Source: Candidatus Omnitrophota bacterium (GTDB taxonomy: Bacteria; Omnitrophota; Gorgyraeia; Aquiviventales; Aquiviventaceae). Taken from it: a stretch of 64,000 nucleotides of DNA. The position numbers and the translations under genes are program-made. Within the stretch, counting starts at the first letter, position 1, and each line of letters opens with the position of its first letter. The notes under the pieces were generated by a model, which ran no database searches, was not told the origin of the DNA, and saw only the letters and a program-made list of their open reading frames with translations. This document shows, piece by piece, positions 41,010-50,399 of the stretch. The stretch lies in contig JAHFGV010000004.1 of the NCBI GenBank assembly GCA_023247255.1, positions 20,023 through 84,022 on the forward strand, in the 5' to 3' direction.

Positions 41010-42855
41010 TTCCCAGTCGCACGGGCAACTGCTCGCGATGCAACACCCACTGTAAGCGTTCCATCATTGCCAAAAGACCCGGTTGATTAGTCACGGCGAT
41101 AATGATCAGGGTGTGTCCATCCACCCTCACAAATCGATCTCCGCGATGGGTGTGGCTGCGCAATAACGTTTCTGTGCGTTGCACGAGCTGGGAAGCATCG
41201 GAAACGGTTGGATCCGCAGGAACCACTAGGACCAACCCAAACTGCTCCTGTTCATATTCAGATTCCTCCTGGGCCAAACGGCAAGACTCTTCGAGAAGAA
41301 ACTGTGGACTTGCAATCGGCAACGAAAATGTCACCGTCAGCCCATGACCTGGGGAGGACTCAGCCCGGATGGTTCCGTGGTGGCGTTCCACGAGTTGACG
41401 GCAAAAGGCTAACCCAAGACCGGTTCCCTGAGAACCAGGCGCTTCCGGAGTGTGTACATGCACAAAAGGTTGAAAGAGGTGGCCGATCTGATCTTCAGTC
41501 AGCCCGGGTCCATCATCACGAACCGACACCTCCACCTCCCGTTCGCGCAGTTGTGTCCAGACCAACACCTCAGTTTGTCTCGGTGCGTGGCGAAAGGCAT
41601 TGCGAAGCAGATGGCCCATCATTTCCTGGATAGCTCTCGCATCCATGTAGACCGGTGGCAATGGGCCGCAGGAAAGCCGGATCGTGTGTGACCCCGCAAG
41701 CTGCCAATCGGTTTGCGACTGATGCAACAAAGACTCCAAATCATCGGCTCGGCAGTTCAGGGGTCGTCGTCCCGTCCGGACAAGCGACAGGTTCAAGGCG
41801 TTTTCAATAAGCTCACTGAGTCGGGTCGCACCTTTCTCCATGGCAGCTACCAAGACTTGTTGCTGCTGACTCAGCGGCCCCACAATTCCATCACGCAATT
41901 GCATTAAACTCTCCACCATGACCATTAATGGGGTCCGGAATTGGTGGCTGATCGTTGCCAGAAACTCATCTTTGATGTGCGTCAGCTGATCCCGTTGCTC
42001 ATTCACGCGCTGCAATTCCACCACATGCTCCCGCAATCGCGCTTTTTGTCCCTCCACCTCTTGCGCCAACTCATTAAATCCAGAGGCAACGACTCCCAAC
42101 TCGTTCGAGAACGCCACTGGCAGCTTCACTAGACGTCCTGTTTTTCGCATTGCACGAATCCCCTCCGCCATCCGATGAAGCGGAACTGTTAGGAAACGCC
42201 GGATGAGCCAGATACCGAAGAAAAACACCCCAAGCCCACTGGTCATGCATCCCAACAACAACCACCCCGCCCGTAACAAACGGTTCAACGCCATGCTCTC
42301 AGCCCATGCGGAAAGGCTTCGCAGGAAAGTCTTAATTGCGACCTCATCCCGTTCCAGAACAAAAGAGACGCCGTAAACACCCGAACCCTCCACCGCAGCT
42401 TGCTCGAATCCTTGCTCAAGATGGGACCCAGAGCGCTGGACCCATGCCAAGGCTGCATCGAGATGTTCTCTAGACAGATCCCCACGGACAGCCGGAACAG
42501 AAACGAATCGGCCATCGTCTAACAAAACCTCACCACCCCTTTTGAATGTCGTCAGGTTATGCCCCAACTGTGTTAATTGGCGATGGAACCTGCTGAGGGA
42601 TTCCAACTGAATCTTTCCTCCCTGAACCTGTTGCACCAACATCCGTTGCTTCAAAATCACAATCTCATCGGCTAAGCGTTCTTGCTCATGTAAGGCATAG
42701 AGGACCATTGCATCGTGCCGCTGTTGCACAGTCAATCCTAATGCCAGCGTCCCTGCGATAACCGTGCAAACCAAGAGCGCGCCAAACACCAGATCCAGCC
42801 GTCTGCGAAGTGAATAGCTCCGGTAAATTTCTTGGTGCACTGAATCTTCAGCCAT
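40882..42855 (-). CDS. sensor histidine kinase (2 TM, periplasmic sensor, HAMP, HisKA, HATPase_c) with C-terminal degenerate GGDEF-like tail
   Basis: HisKA H-box FLATISHQFRTPL. HATPase G-boxes (DDGPGL, GTGLGLAFCRQLVERHHG). The ~130-aa C-terminus (GDRFVRVDGHTLIIIAVTNQ...RLGSACFPEDGRTPEELLSSA) resembles the second half of a GGDEF domain with the GGDEF motif lost. Confidence 0.8.
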   Translation of the reverse strand: MAEDSVHQEIYRSYSLRRRLDLVFGALLVCTVIAGTLALGLTVQQRHDAMVLYALHEQERLADEIVILKQRMLVQQVQGGKIQLESLSRFHRQLTQLGHNLTTFKRGGEVLLDDGRFVSVPAVRGDLSREHLDAALAWVQRSGSHLEQGFEQAAVEGSGVYGVSFVLERDEVAIKTFLRSLSAWAESMALNRLLRAGWLLLGCMTSGLGVFFFGIWLIRRFLTVPLHRMAEGIRAMRKTGRLVKLPVAFSNELGVVASGFNELAQEVEGQKARLREHVVELQRVNEQRDQLTHIKDEFLATISHQFRTPLMVMVESLMQLRDGIVGPLSQQQQVLVAAMEKGATRLSELIENALNLSLVRTGRRPLNCRADDLESLLHQSQTDWQLAGSHTIRLSCGPLPPVYMDARAIQEMMGHLLRNAFRHAPRQTEVLVWTQLREREVEVSVRDDGPGLTEDQIGHLFQPFVHVHTPEAPGSQGTGLGLAFCRQLVERHHGTIRAESSPGHGLTVTFSLPIASPQFLLEESCRLAQEESEYEQEQFGLVLVVPADPTVSDASQLVQRTETLLRSHTHRGDRFVRVDGHTLIIIAVTNQPGLLAMMERLQWVLHREQLPVRLGSACFPEDGRTPEELLSSARGIVSREPSGIVPARWGKKEVVDV

Positions 42856-42920
42856 TCTACGCCTCCACGTCCGCCAGATGATTTTTCCACACCCGCGATG
42901 GACGGTGATATATCCAGTGT

Positions 42921-44990
42921 CTACCCGGATGATCCATCCAACACCGGTTCCCCAGAAAGATGTTTACGCGCATAATCAAACAGAGCGACCGCATGGATGC
43001 CATGAATGGGGTACAAGGCGGCTCCCAATTGTACGGACTCCCCTCTAAACGCTTCCCGGAGCCTTTGGATAATCGCTTTTAGCCCCTTGGCATCAACGGA
43101 AGCTAGAACAACGATCCAGTCATGCTTCATTACTATCAACAAATCTCCCCGGTGAAGCCGACGTCGCACTTCCTCAACCCAGCGGTCGTAAGCAGCATGT
43201 CGTTGGTCATCTTCCATCAGACTACCATCGGTGAAACTTCCGAGTTGGATAGCGATCAATCCGATGGACCGATTGTTATCGGATGGGCCGACATCTAACA
43301 ACTCCTTGAAACTTTCTATCAGCGCGAATTCATCGGTATAAACGGGAAGCGAAACGGTAAACGTACTTCCACGCCCGAGATCAGAGACGACAGAAATATT
43401 TCCATGATGGAGTTCAACCAGTTCTTTGCACACCGCCAACCCAAGACCTGTACCTTGAATGCGTCGGTTATTCTGTTGGCCCACCTGTGAGAACTTCTGG
43501 AAAAGCTTAGAAAGATCCTCGGGAGCGATTCCCGTTCCATCATCCTCTACCGAAGCCTTGATCTGTTCCGCCTCATGGCTGATATGAAAGGTAATCGTCC
43601 CATCGTCTCGGGTAAATTTAACCGAGTTGGAAAGGAGATTCCCGAAAATTTGCATCATTCGATGAGCATCGGCAAACACCGCAGGGGTGGGAGTGTAGTC
43701 ACGGACAATGCGTCGCGTTCCAATCATCATACGATAACTTTCCAGTGTGGAATCGACTACCTCCTGCAAGCGCAATTTCCGACGAGACAGGTGCATACGC
43801 CCCGCTTCGATCCTCGATAGATCCAGCAAGTTCGTGATGAGTTCGGTGAGACGATCGATGCTCTGCTCCACACCTTTCAGAAATTCCTGTTGTTCGTCAT
43901 TTAAGCTTCCCAGGATCCCATCCAACATCAGACTGATCCCATGCTCAATGGCTGTAAGGGGAGTGCGAAGTTCATGACTCACAGTGGCGACGAACTCGTC
44001 TTTCAAAACCCCAAGCTGAAGCAGTCTCCGATTGGCTTCCTGCAAGGATTTCTGCTGTTCTTCCAAGCGGGTCTTGGATAGCCGCAGCTCATCCAACAGT
44101 CGGCGCATGTCCTGCTCCCGACGCACCAATTCTGTATTGGATCGTTCCAGTTCATTCGTTTTCTGCTTTACATCGATCTCCAATTTCCTGCGTTCTGTAA
44201 TATCGGCACCAAGCATCAGGCAATCCCAGTACCCGTTTTGACTTTCCCCAATCGCATTTATGGTAAAGGCCACCACTCCATCTTCTCCGTTGGATCGCCG
44301 AAACCGGATGTTGTCCAATCGGGTCACACGGCCATATTTCTGGCATTCAACCAGTCCCGCCAGTACAGTCTGGATATCCCAAACAATCCGACAGGCCGTT
44401 AGTGGCCGATGAATGGCTTCTGCAGTAGCGACCCCAAAGGTGGCCGCGGCGACTCGATTCCAATGCGTGATCAAACCACTCACATTGACACCGATGAGAA
44501 TAGACGTCAATGAGGACAGAAATTGTTCACTCTCAGACTGTAGCTGTTGCAGCTGTCGATCGAGACATCTGTTCTCGACTGCATAGCGCACCGCACGCGC
44601 CCATGCATGTTGGTCCATCGGGGATTTCAAAAGATAGTCCTGGGCGCCCTGTTGCATCGCTTCTATCGCCAGGGCCTCCTGGCTAGAGTCAATGAGGATA
44701 ATAATCGGCGTCTGGGGGGCAGATTGACGGATATTGATAAAGACCTCCAATGGCCGGATTCCAGGCAAGACCCAGTCCAGCAGCACCACATCCCAATTTC
44801 CTCCTTGAAGACGTCTCACACCCTCTTTCAGCTCGGACACAGATTCAAGCGTCACTTGAAACGATCCCCCGTTGCCCGCTATCTTTTGAATCGTCGAGCC
44901 ATCACTGGAGTTGGGTGTGATCAACAAACCATGAATGGTATTACGAAGATTGTTCATTGGCTCTAAAACGCTCAAGGGTAATTTGGTCAA
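42921..44990 (-). CDS. hybrid sensor histidine kinase (N-terminal receiver, PAS, HisKA, HATPase_c, C-terminal degenerate GGDEF-like tail)
   Basis: Receiver domain (WDVVLLDWVLPG). PAS region (ITHWNRVAAATFG). H-box FVATVSHELRTPLTAI. GTGLGLAVCKELVELHHGNI. The C-terminus (HRGDLLIVMKHDWIVVLASVDAKGLKAIIQRLREAFRGESVQLGAALYPIHG) is homologous to the tail of the neighbouring kinase. Confidence 0.8.
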   Translation of the reverse strand: MTKLPLSVLEPMNNLRNTIHGLLITPNSSDGSTIQKIAGNGGSFQVTLESVSELKEGVRRLQGGNWDVVLLDWVLPGIRPLEVFINIRQSAPQTPIIILIDSSQEALAIEAMQQGAQDYLLKSPMDQHAWARAVRYAVENRCLDRQLQQLQSESEQFLSSLTSILIGVNVSGLITHWNRVAAATFGVATAEAIHRPLTACRIVWDIQTVLAGLVECQKYGRVTRLDNIRFRRSNGEDGVVAFTINAIGESQNGYWDCLMLGADITERRKLEIDVKQKTNELERSNTELVRREQDMRRLLDELRLSKTRLEEQQKSLQEANRRLLQLGVLKDEFVATVSHELRTPLTAIEHGISLMLDGILGSLNDEQQEFLKGVEQSIDRLTELITNLLDLSRIEAGRMHLSRRKLRLQEVVDSTLESYRMMIGTRRIVRDYTPTPAVFADAHRMMQIFGNLLSNSVKFTRDDGTITFHISHEAEQIKASVEDDGTGIAPEDLSKLFQKFSQVGQQNNRRIQGTGLGLAVCKELVELHHGNISVVSDLGRGSTFTVSLPVYTDEFALIESFKELLDVGPSDNNRSIGLIAIQLGSFTDGSLMEDDQRHAAYDRWVEEVRRRLHRGDLLIVMKHDWIVVLASVDAKGLKAIIQRLREAFRGESVQLGAALYPIHGIHAVALFDYARKHLSGEPVLDGSSG

Positions 44991-45165
44991 GAACCCAAGA
45001 ATCCAACACGTCCTCTCTGAATCGCCACTGTCCTCCGATCTTAAAACCGGGCAGCTTGCCTTGCTGCACCAAGCGATAGACGGTGCTCATAGTCACACCA
45101 AAACGCTTGGCCACGTCTGAAACGCTCAAGTAAGCTTGAGCCATCGATGCTGACTCCGCTGCCAC
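44941..45165 (-). CDS. excisionase-family (HTH_17/MerR-like) DNA-binding protein
   Basis: YLSVSDVAKRFGVTMSTVYRLVQQGKLPGFKIGGQWRFREDVLDSW. The track start is a GTG; an ATG (MAQAYL) at ~45144 is more likely. Confidence 0.6.
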   Translation of the reverse strand: MAAESASMAQAYLSVSDVAKRFGVTMSTVYRLVQQGKLPGFKIGGQWRFREDVLDSWVLDQITLERFRANEQSS

Positions 45166-45168
45166 TTC

Positions 45169-45202
45169 AAAAAAAAACAGCCCAACCGAACTGGATGGGC
45201 TG
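45169..45202 (-). terminator. Rho-independent terminator (minus strand): hairpin cagcccatccagttcggttgggctg followed by T9
   Basis: On the minus strand, a 7-bp perfect stem (cagccca/tgggctg) is followed by nine T (45169-45177). It lies ~470 nt downstream of the yajQ stop and immediately 5' of the HTH gene. Confidence 0.55.
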
Positions 45203-45673
45203 TGAAATCTTCACGAAATACTTCATGCTGGCAACCCTGCTATCCCACACCAGTCTGTTCCCGCCGCTAGGTGGGACGGCTGACGTATGCCAGCCGCCTG
45301 CCTTTGGCAGGCCAGACATATGGTGGGACCAGTGGTTTTGCGCCCGATCCTCTCGGACCGTTTGCCCCCCGCATGCTTCGCTTTGTCCCTGGAAATTGCA
45401 AAGCGTGCGGGGCCCCTCAATGGGGGTTGATTCAGCTGACACTGTCCAAAGAACGATAAATCTTGCTAATGGTAGTTAAAGCGTACCTGTTTTGCGAATT
45501 GTTTGTCAACCTAAGGGTTCGTTAAGGAATAACTGCATCCATTTGACCGGGGGCTTTTGACCCATGGCTGCGTTGCTCATCGCTTACATCCTCATCGAGG
45601 ATGCTCGCTCTTCGCGCCTTGCCCTGAGTCAAAATCCCCACGGCCAAATAGTGCAGTCATTTCTTAACGAATC

Positions 45674-46201
45674 CTAACGGTAGTTTTCCGCTTGGATAGG
45701 CACCCCGAAATCCTTTGATTTTACAGTCTGAATAACCATCCGTAAATCATCGACCTGCTTGCCTGAGACCCTTACCGTGTCTCCGTCAATTCGTGGCTGT
45801 ACCTTCAATCCGAGAGACTTGATCACCCTTACGATCTCCTTAGCCTTTTCTGAAGAAAGTCCCTGCTGAAGAACCGCTTGTTGCTTCACCCCCCCTGCAG
45901 GCAAAAGCTCGGGGGCCTTCCAGGCTAAGGCTGTAAGCGAAACTCCACGTTTGGCTAGCTTGGTCTCGATCACATCAATGACACTCTTGATTTGTGCTTG
46001 ATGGTCAGCCGTGACTTTGACGTTCAGTAAGGCTTCCTCAAAAGTCACGCTGGCACTGCTGTTTCGAAAGTCAAAACGTGTGCCAATCTCTTTTTGCGCC
46101 AGCTGAATGGCGTTGCGAAACTCCTGAAGATTGACTTTCGAAACCAGATCCATGCTGTGTTCTTGAGCCATCAGCGATGTCCGACTGAGGAAGACAGACA
46201 A
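45674..46201 (-). CDS. yajQ: YajQ-family (UPF0234) nucleotide-binding protein
   Basis: MDLVSKVNLQEFRNAIQLAQKEIGTRFDFRNSSASVTFEEALLNVKV... matches the YajQ pattern (FDIVSEVDLQEVRNAV..A..E...RFDFRG). The likely start is ~46153. Confidence 0.75.
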   Translation of the reverse strand: MSVFLSRTSLMAQEHSMDLVSKVNLQEFRNAIQLAQKEIGTRFDFRNSSASVTFEEALLNVKVTADHQAQIKSVIDVIETKLAKRGVSLTALAWKAPELLPAGGVKQQAVLQQGLSSEKAKEIVRVIKSLGLKVQPRIDGDTVRVSGKQVDDLRMVIQTVKSKDFGVPIQAENYR

Positions 46202-47100
46202 GCCTCAAGGGCTGGGAGCAACTGCCCGTAGCGAAATCGATAGCCCGCTTGAAGGCAAACGCGTGGGAAGACTCGTTGTCCCGTAAGCAATAAAGTCGCC
46301 ATCTCCCCAAGCATAACACGCAATGCCACGGCGGGCACCGGCACCCAACAGGGACGATGCATCCGATCGGCAAGGCTGCGGCAAAACGCACGCATCGTCA
46401 CCGGCTCTGGAGCGGTGGCGTTAACTGCACCAGTCACCTGGGCATGACTCAACAACCACTCTATAAGAGCGACGAGATCATCCCGATGGATCCAGGATAC
46501 CCATTGACGCCCGCTGCCCAACACACCCCCTACAAAGAATCGAAAGGGATCGACCATTTTTGCCAGAGCCCCTGCCCCCGCAGCCAAAACCAGACCGATG
46601 CGAAGTCGAATCACACGAACCCCTAAAGACTCCGCACGAGAAGCTTCGTTCTCCCACATCTGGCAGATATGGGCTAGAAAACCCTTTCCTGCGGGAGCGC
46701 TTTCGTCCAACAACTCGTCTGAGTGGGGACCATAATAGCCAATCGCTGAGGCGTTGATCAAAACATTCGGTCTTCGGCTAAGACGAGTCATCGCATCGAC
46801 CAACCGATGGGTAGATTGAATGCGACTCTCCCGAATCTGAATCTTCTGCCTCCGACTCCAGCGCTTGGATGCAATCGATTCCCCGGCAAGATTAACCAGG
46901 CCATCACAGGTCTCAAGAACGTGTGGCCATTCGGAACCCTCCCACTCAAGAAACCGGATGGGAGAAAGCGAATCTCCTTTTTCCACATTCAATCTCCGAG
47001 ACTGACGGGTCAGTACAAACACCTCATGGCCATGCCGGATTAAATGAGAACACAATGCCTGACCGATGAATCCCGTCCCTCCGGTGATGAGCAATCTCAT
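46171..47100 (-). CDS. yfcH: TIGR01777-family NAD-dependent epimerase (YfcH-like, C-terminal DUF1731)
   Basis: MRLLITGGTGFIGQALCSHLIRHGHEVFVLTR...VNLAGESIASKRWSRRQK...GSGRQWVSWIHRDDLV... is collinear with E. coli YfcH. Confidence 0.8.
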   Translation of the reverse strand: MRLLITGGTGFIGQALCSHLIRHGHEVFVLTRQSRRLNVEKGDSLSPIRFLEWEGSEWPHVLETCDGLVNLAGESIASKRWSRRQKIQIRESRIQSTHRLVDAMTRLSRRPNVLINASAIGYYGPHSDELLDESAPAGKGFLAHICQMWENEASRAESLGVRVIRLRIGLVLAAGAGALAKMVDPFRFFVGGVLGSGRQWVSWIHRDDLVALIEWLLSHAQVTGAVNATAPEPVTMRAFCRSLADRMHRPCWVPVPAVALRVMLGEMATLLLTGQRVFPRVCLQAGYRFRYGQLLPALEACLSSSVGHR

Positions 47101-47104
47101 TTTT

Positions 47105-47225
47105 TAAGAACGGATGCCCCACCCCGATCGGGACGACAGGATGTCGTCCCCCCTAAGTCTTGCTCCACCCTGTGGCCCATAGCCTTCAGCCGTGGCGCAA
47201 TGGCGGGGTTGATGGTTTAACAGGA
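47105..47225. repeat. family-A palindromic element, diverged intergenic copy
   Basis: Reads ...ccccgatcgggacgacaggatgtcgtccc...ccaccctgtggcccatagccttcagccgtggcgcaatggcggggttgatgg, including a 9-bp stem (gggacgaca/tgtcgtccc). Confidence 0.6.
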
Positions 47226-47345
47226 TGCTGAAAAACCCTCGATTGGCTCTAGGCTCAAGGCTGGAGGCTCCAGGGAACGATTCGGTCATCGTCGAGAAGC
47301 CTGTTCTTTCCTCGAGCCTTGAGCGCTGCGGGGCTTTTTCCGCAG
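47215..47345. repeat. family-C MITE-like element (short variant)
   Basis: Termini are ttaacaggatgctgaaaaaccc ... ggctttttccgcagcctgctaaag. The internal stem is ctcaaggctggagg/cctcgagccttgag. Confidence 0.6.
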
Positions 47346-47357
47346 CCTGCTAAAGCG

Positions 47358-47615
47358 TTACCGACCGTTTCCAGGCTGTTGGCGTCGTCGACGAACGATA
47401 CGTTCTGCTTCAAACCAGTCTTGTTGGTCGAAACCCTCCCGCCTGCCCCGACGCTCAAACAGTTCATAAGCGACTTGAGCGACCTCTTCATTGCTGATGG
47501 TCCCCTGAGCCTGCGATACCGTAGACTTTGACGTAGGCTTTGAGCGAGTCAGGGCTGTCTCTGCAAGCGTGACACCGCTTCGCTTCGATCCCGATGAAAA
47601 ACCCATCCGTGGCAT
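47358..47615 (-). CDS. DUF2934-family small protein
   Basis: EEVAQVAYELFERRGRREGFDQQDWFEAERIV matches the DUF2934 core (IA.rAY.lwe.rG...G.d..DWl.AE..l). The N-terminal part of the ORF reads through the MITE, so the start is uncertain. Confidence 0.5.
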   Translation of the reverse strand: MPRMGFSSGSKRSGVTLAETALTRSKPTSKSTVSQAQGTISNEEVAQVAYELFERRGRREGFDQQDWFEAERIVRRRRQQPGNGR

Positions 47616-47719
47616 CTTACTCTCCTAATGTTTATCCTCCGCTCCATTGATTTCTACTTGTGCATCTTTCATCTTAACCACTTAGGCCCCCAGCGACAAC
47701 TTTTTCTTATCCATTTTTC

Positions 47720-50038
47720 TTATCGATCCGGCCTTGTGGATGTTCCTTCATCCAATCGCTCGGCTAAGATCCTGGGATCGGTAGTCGGCAAAGTGCAGAC
47801 ATATCCTTGACACATATAAGCCGTGGGTTGTCCATTCACAGGACCCTGATGTTGCACATAAGGAGCGAAACCCTCCAACTCCTTCGCCTCCGAGCCTGTA
47901 GGACGTAACACCGTCACCGTCCTGGGTAGAAAGCGTTGATCGATCACTTCAATCATTTCTTTCGTTCTGGAATCGTCTCTATCACCGACGATGACGATCT
48001 CTCGTATTGGACCGAGTGCGAAATCCCAGTCAATCAAAAGTTGGGGATATCGAAAGGGCTCGGATTCCACTAGCGCCACCACACTCTCCAGCGCCCGACG
48101 ACCGAGATCTTCCAGATGAGGATCAGCCCTCAAGCGTCCCAGTCGCAACAGCAGCCCAATGGCCATGGAATTTCCGGATGGCGTTGCCCCGTCGTAGAAC
48201 TCTTTGACGGGAGCAATCAACTCGGGCTCTGTCCGATCCCTTAGAAAGAATCCTTCCTGTTGCGGATCCCAAAACCGCTCGATCATTACATCGACTAGTC
48301 GTTTGGCCCAAACCAAGTACTTCACGTCATATCCCGATTCATACACCTCCAGAAGGCCGTAGCCGAAAAAAGCGTAGTCTTCCAGTGTCCCGGGATAAGC
48401 GGCCTCTTTCTCGCGGTAGCGCCTGAGCAGCAATCCATCCTGTTGAAGGTGCTGCCAGATGAAGTCTGCCGCTTGGCGGGCCTTTATCAAATAGGAAGGT
48501 TCATGAAGGGTGGAAGCCCCGTAAGCCAGGCTGGCAATCATCAACCCATTCCACGAGGTCAAGATCTTGTCGTCTCGATGAGGACGCTTGCGTCTGGCAC
48601 GTTTGGCAAGAAGCTGCACCCGGTTTTGGGCAAGGCGCTCATCGAACGCCCTTGCCTTTAGACCGTTGCGTTTGGCGAACATCTCCAAAGGTTGTGTGAC
48701 ATGCAGAATACTCTTGCCATGCTCGAAATTTCCTTCCGGTGTGAGCCCGTAATACCGATTAAACCACTCGGCATCTTTTTCCCCCAATAGCTCGGTGATT
48801 TCTGCAGGCGTCCAGACATAGAATTTACCTTCTTGTCCCTCACTGTCAGCATCTTCAGCCGAATAGAAAGCGCCTGCTGCATCGGAAAGATCCCTCAGGA
48901 CATAATCCAATATCCCACGAGCCACCCTCGCGTACTCTTGACGTTGGGTAACCCGATAAGATTCAAGGAATGCCCTTGCCAACAAGGCTTGGTCATACAG
49001 CATCTTCTCAAAGTGAGGAACCAGCCACTGCGCATCGGTCGAATAGCGGTGAAAACCTCCTCCCAAATGGTCGTGAATCCCTCCCTGGGAAAGATGATCG
49101 AGGGTCGTTGTCACTAGCTCAAGCGCCTGATGAGTCTGAGTCCGAAGCCAATAGTGAAGCAGAAAAGAAAGCTCATGACCCCTGGGAAACTTCGGAGCGT
49201 TACCGAATCCGCCGTAGGTGGAATCGAACCACGCCACCGCCTGATTGAAAGCTCGATGAAGCGGATCGATGGTGAGTGTTCCAGAAGCGTGGGGGGTGGA
49301 TAGCCGCTCTTTCAGGATTGTGGTCAGCCGCTCAGCGGAGCTCAGCAGCTCTTCACGCCGATTCTTCCAAGCCTCTGCCACAGCAGGCAGGAGCTCTTGA
49401 AGCCCGATGAGATCGCCCCGACGCTGCGGTGGGAAATACGTACCTCCAAACACAGCTCTTCCATCCGGAGTCAGAATCACCGTCAAAGGCCATCCGCCGG
49501 CGCCTGTCATCAGCATCACGGCACTCATGTAGATATGGTCGATGTCTGGGTATTCTTCTCGATCGACTTTGATGGATACAAACCAACGGTTCAGCATTTC
49601 GGCAGTCTCAGCATCCTCAAACGATTCGTGTGCCATCACATGACACCAGTGACAGGTGGAATAACCGATGGATAAAAAAACAAGTTTGTCCTCTTGATTG
49701 GCTTTTTCGAAGGCATCTTTCCCCCAGGGATACCAGTCGACGGGATTGTAGGCGTGCTGCAACAGGTAGGGGCTTTTCTCTTGGATGAGCCTATTCGGTT
49801 TTGCTGGACTACGTTGGGCGTGATCCATTTTATCTTCCGAACCTCTTTCGGAAACTTTGGATGGAGCGTGTGGGCAACCGATAAGCGATACCGTCAGGAA
49901 CGATACGATGAGAATCTGCGCAAGCACTCTGCTTTGGAATAGAACTGTGGCGAATACAGAGATAGAACCAATCACCCTCGATGGCTTCGAACACATTCGA
50001 GATAAAAACCTCTTCGCCCTTTCGATAGGGTAGTTCAC
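47720..50038 (-). CDS. thioredoxin-domain protein, DUF255/YyaL (SPATA20-like) family with N-acyl-glucosamine-epimerase-like (alpha/alpha)6 domain
   Basis: [82 protein letters not shown]-terminal signal with lipobox-like LIGC. Start uncertain. Confidence 0.8.
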   Translation of the reverse strand: MNYPIERAKRFLSRMCSKPSRVIGSISVFATVLFQSRVLAQILIVSFLTVSLIGCPHAPSKVSERGSEDKMDHAQRSPAKPNRLIQEKSPYLLQHAYNPVDWYPWGKDAFEKANQEDKLVFLSIGYSTCHWCHVMAHESFEDAETAEMLNRWFVSIKVDREEYPDIDHIYMSAVMLMTGAGGWPLTVILTPDGRAVFGGTYFPPQRRGDLIGLQELLPAVAEAWKNRREELLSSAERLTTILKERLSTPHASGTLTIDPLHRAFNQAVAWFDSTYGGFGNAPKFPRGHELSFLLHYWLRTQTHQALELVTTTLDHLSQGGIHDHLGGGFHRYSTDAQWLVPHFEKMLYDQALLARAFLESYRVTQRQEYARVARGILDYVLRDLSDAAGAFYSAEDADSEGQEGKFYVWTPAEITELLGEKDAEWFNRYYGLTPEGNFEHGKSILHVTQPLEMFAKRNGLKARAFDERLAQNRVQLLAKRARRKRPHRDDKILTSWNGLMIASLAYGASTLHEPSYLIKARQAADFIWQHLQQDGLLLRRYREKEAAYPGTLEDYAFFGYGLLEVYESGYDVKYLVWAKRLVDVMIERFWDPQQEGFFLRDRTEPELIAPVKEFYDGATPSGNSMAIGLLLRLGRLRADPHLEDLGRRALESVVALVESEPFRYPQLLIDWDFALGPIREIVIVGDRDDSRTKEMIEVIDQRFLPRTVTVLRPTGSEAKELEGFAPYVQHQGPVNGQPTAYMCQGYVCTLPTTDPRILAERLDEGTSTRPDR

Positions 50039-50129
50039 CTTCTCCCATTCGTCAAGTTATGGATGCCCCCCGGCCTTACCCCGCCCTTCTGGGGCTTTCC
50101 CAAAAGGGTGGGGCTTACGGTCGTGGTCC

Positions 50130-50292
50130 CTCCATCTATTCTAACAGGATGCTTAAAAATGCCAGTCGGTTCAGGGTTCGGGGTTCTGGGCTGGGGGCCA
50201 GGACCCGTCTCACCGACGAGCCGTGGTGTATTTGCCCCGAACCCTGAACCCTCAACCCAGAATTACGAAGGGTTTTTCCGCAGCCTGCTAAA
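50130..50292 (+). repeat. family-C MITE-like palindromic element (full copy)
   Basis: Reads taacaggatgcttaaaaatgccagtcggttcagggttcggggttctgggctgggggccagg...ccccgaaccctgaaccctcaacccagaa...tttttccgcagcctgctaaatc. It has terminal inverted repeats and an internal long stem. It lies in the divergent promoter region between the DUF255 gene and comF. Confidence 0.8.
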
Positions 50293-50399
50293 TCTACCTT
50301 GGGATATGCGACACTCGGGTGAGGCATTCGAAATCCCACCATCTATGTTCGGTCCGGGTAAGTCGAAACAGCGTGCATCCCCGTCCGTGATTCCTTACG

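Noticed and set aside
47104-47289. 61-aa ORF translating the 47.1-kb family-A copy
   Set aside because: It uses a different frame from the three in-gene copies, has no start context and lies between a gene end and a MITE. It is intergenic repeat sequence.
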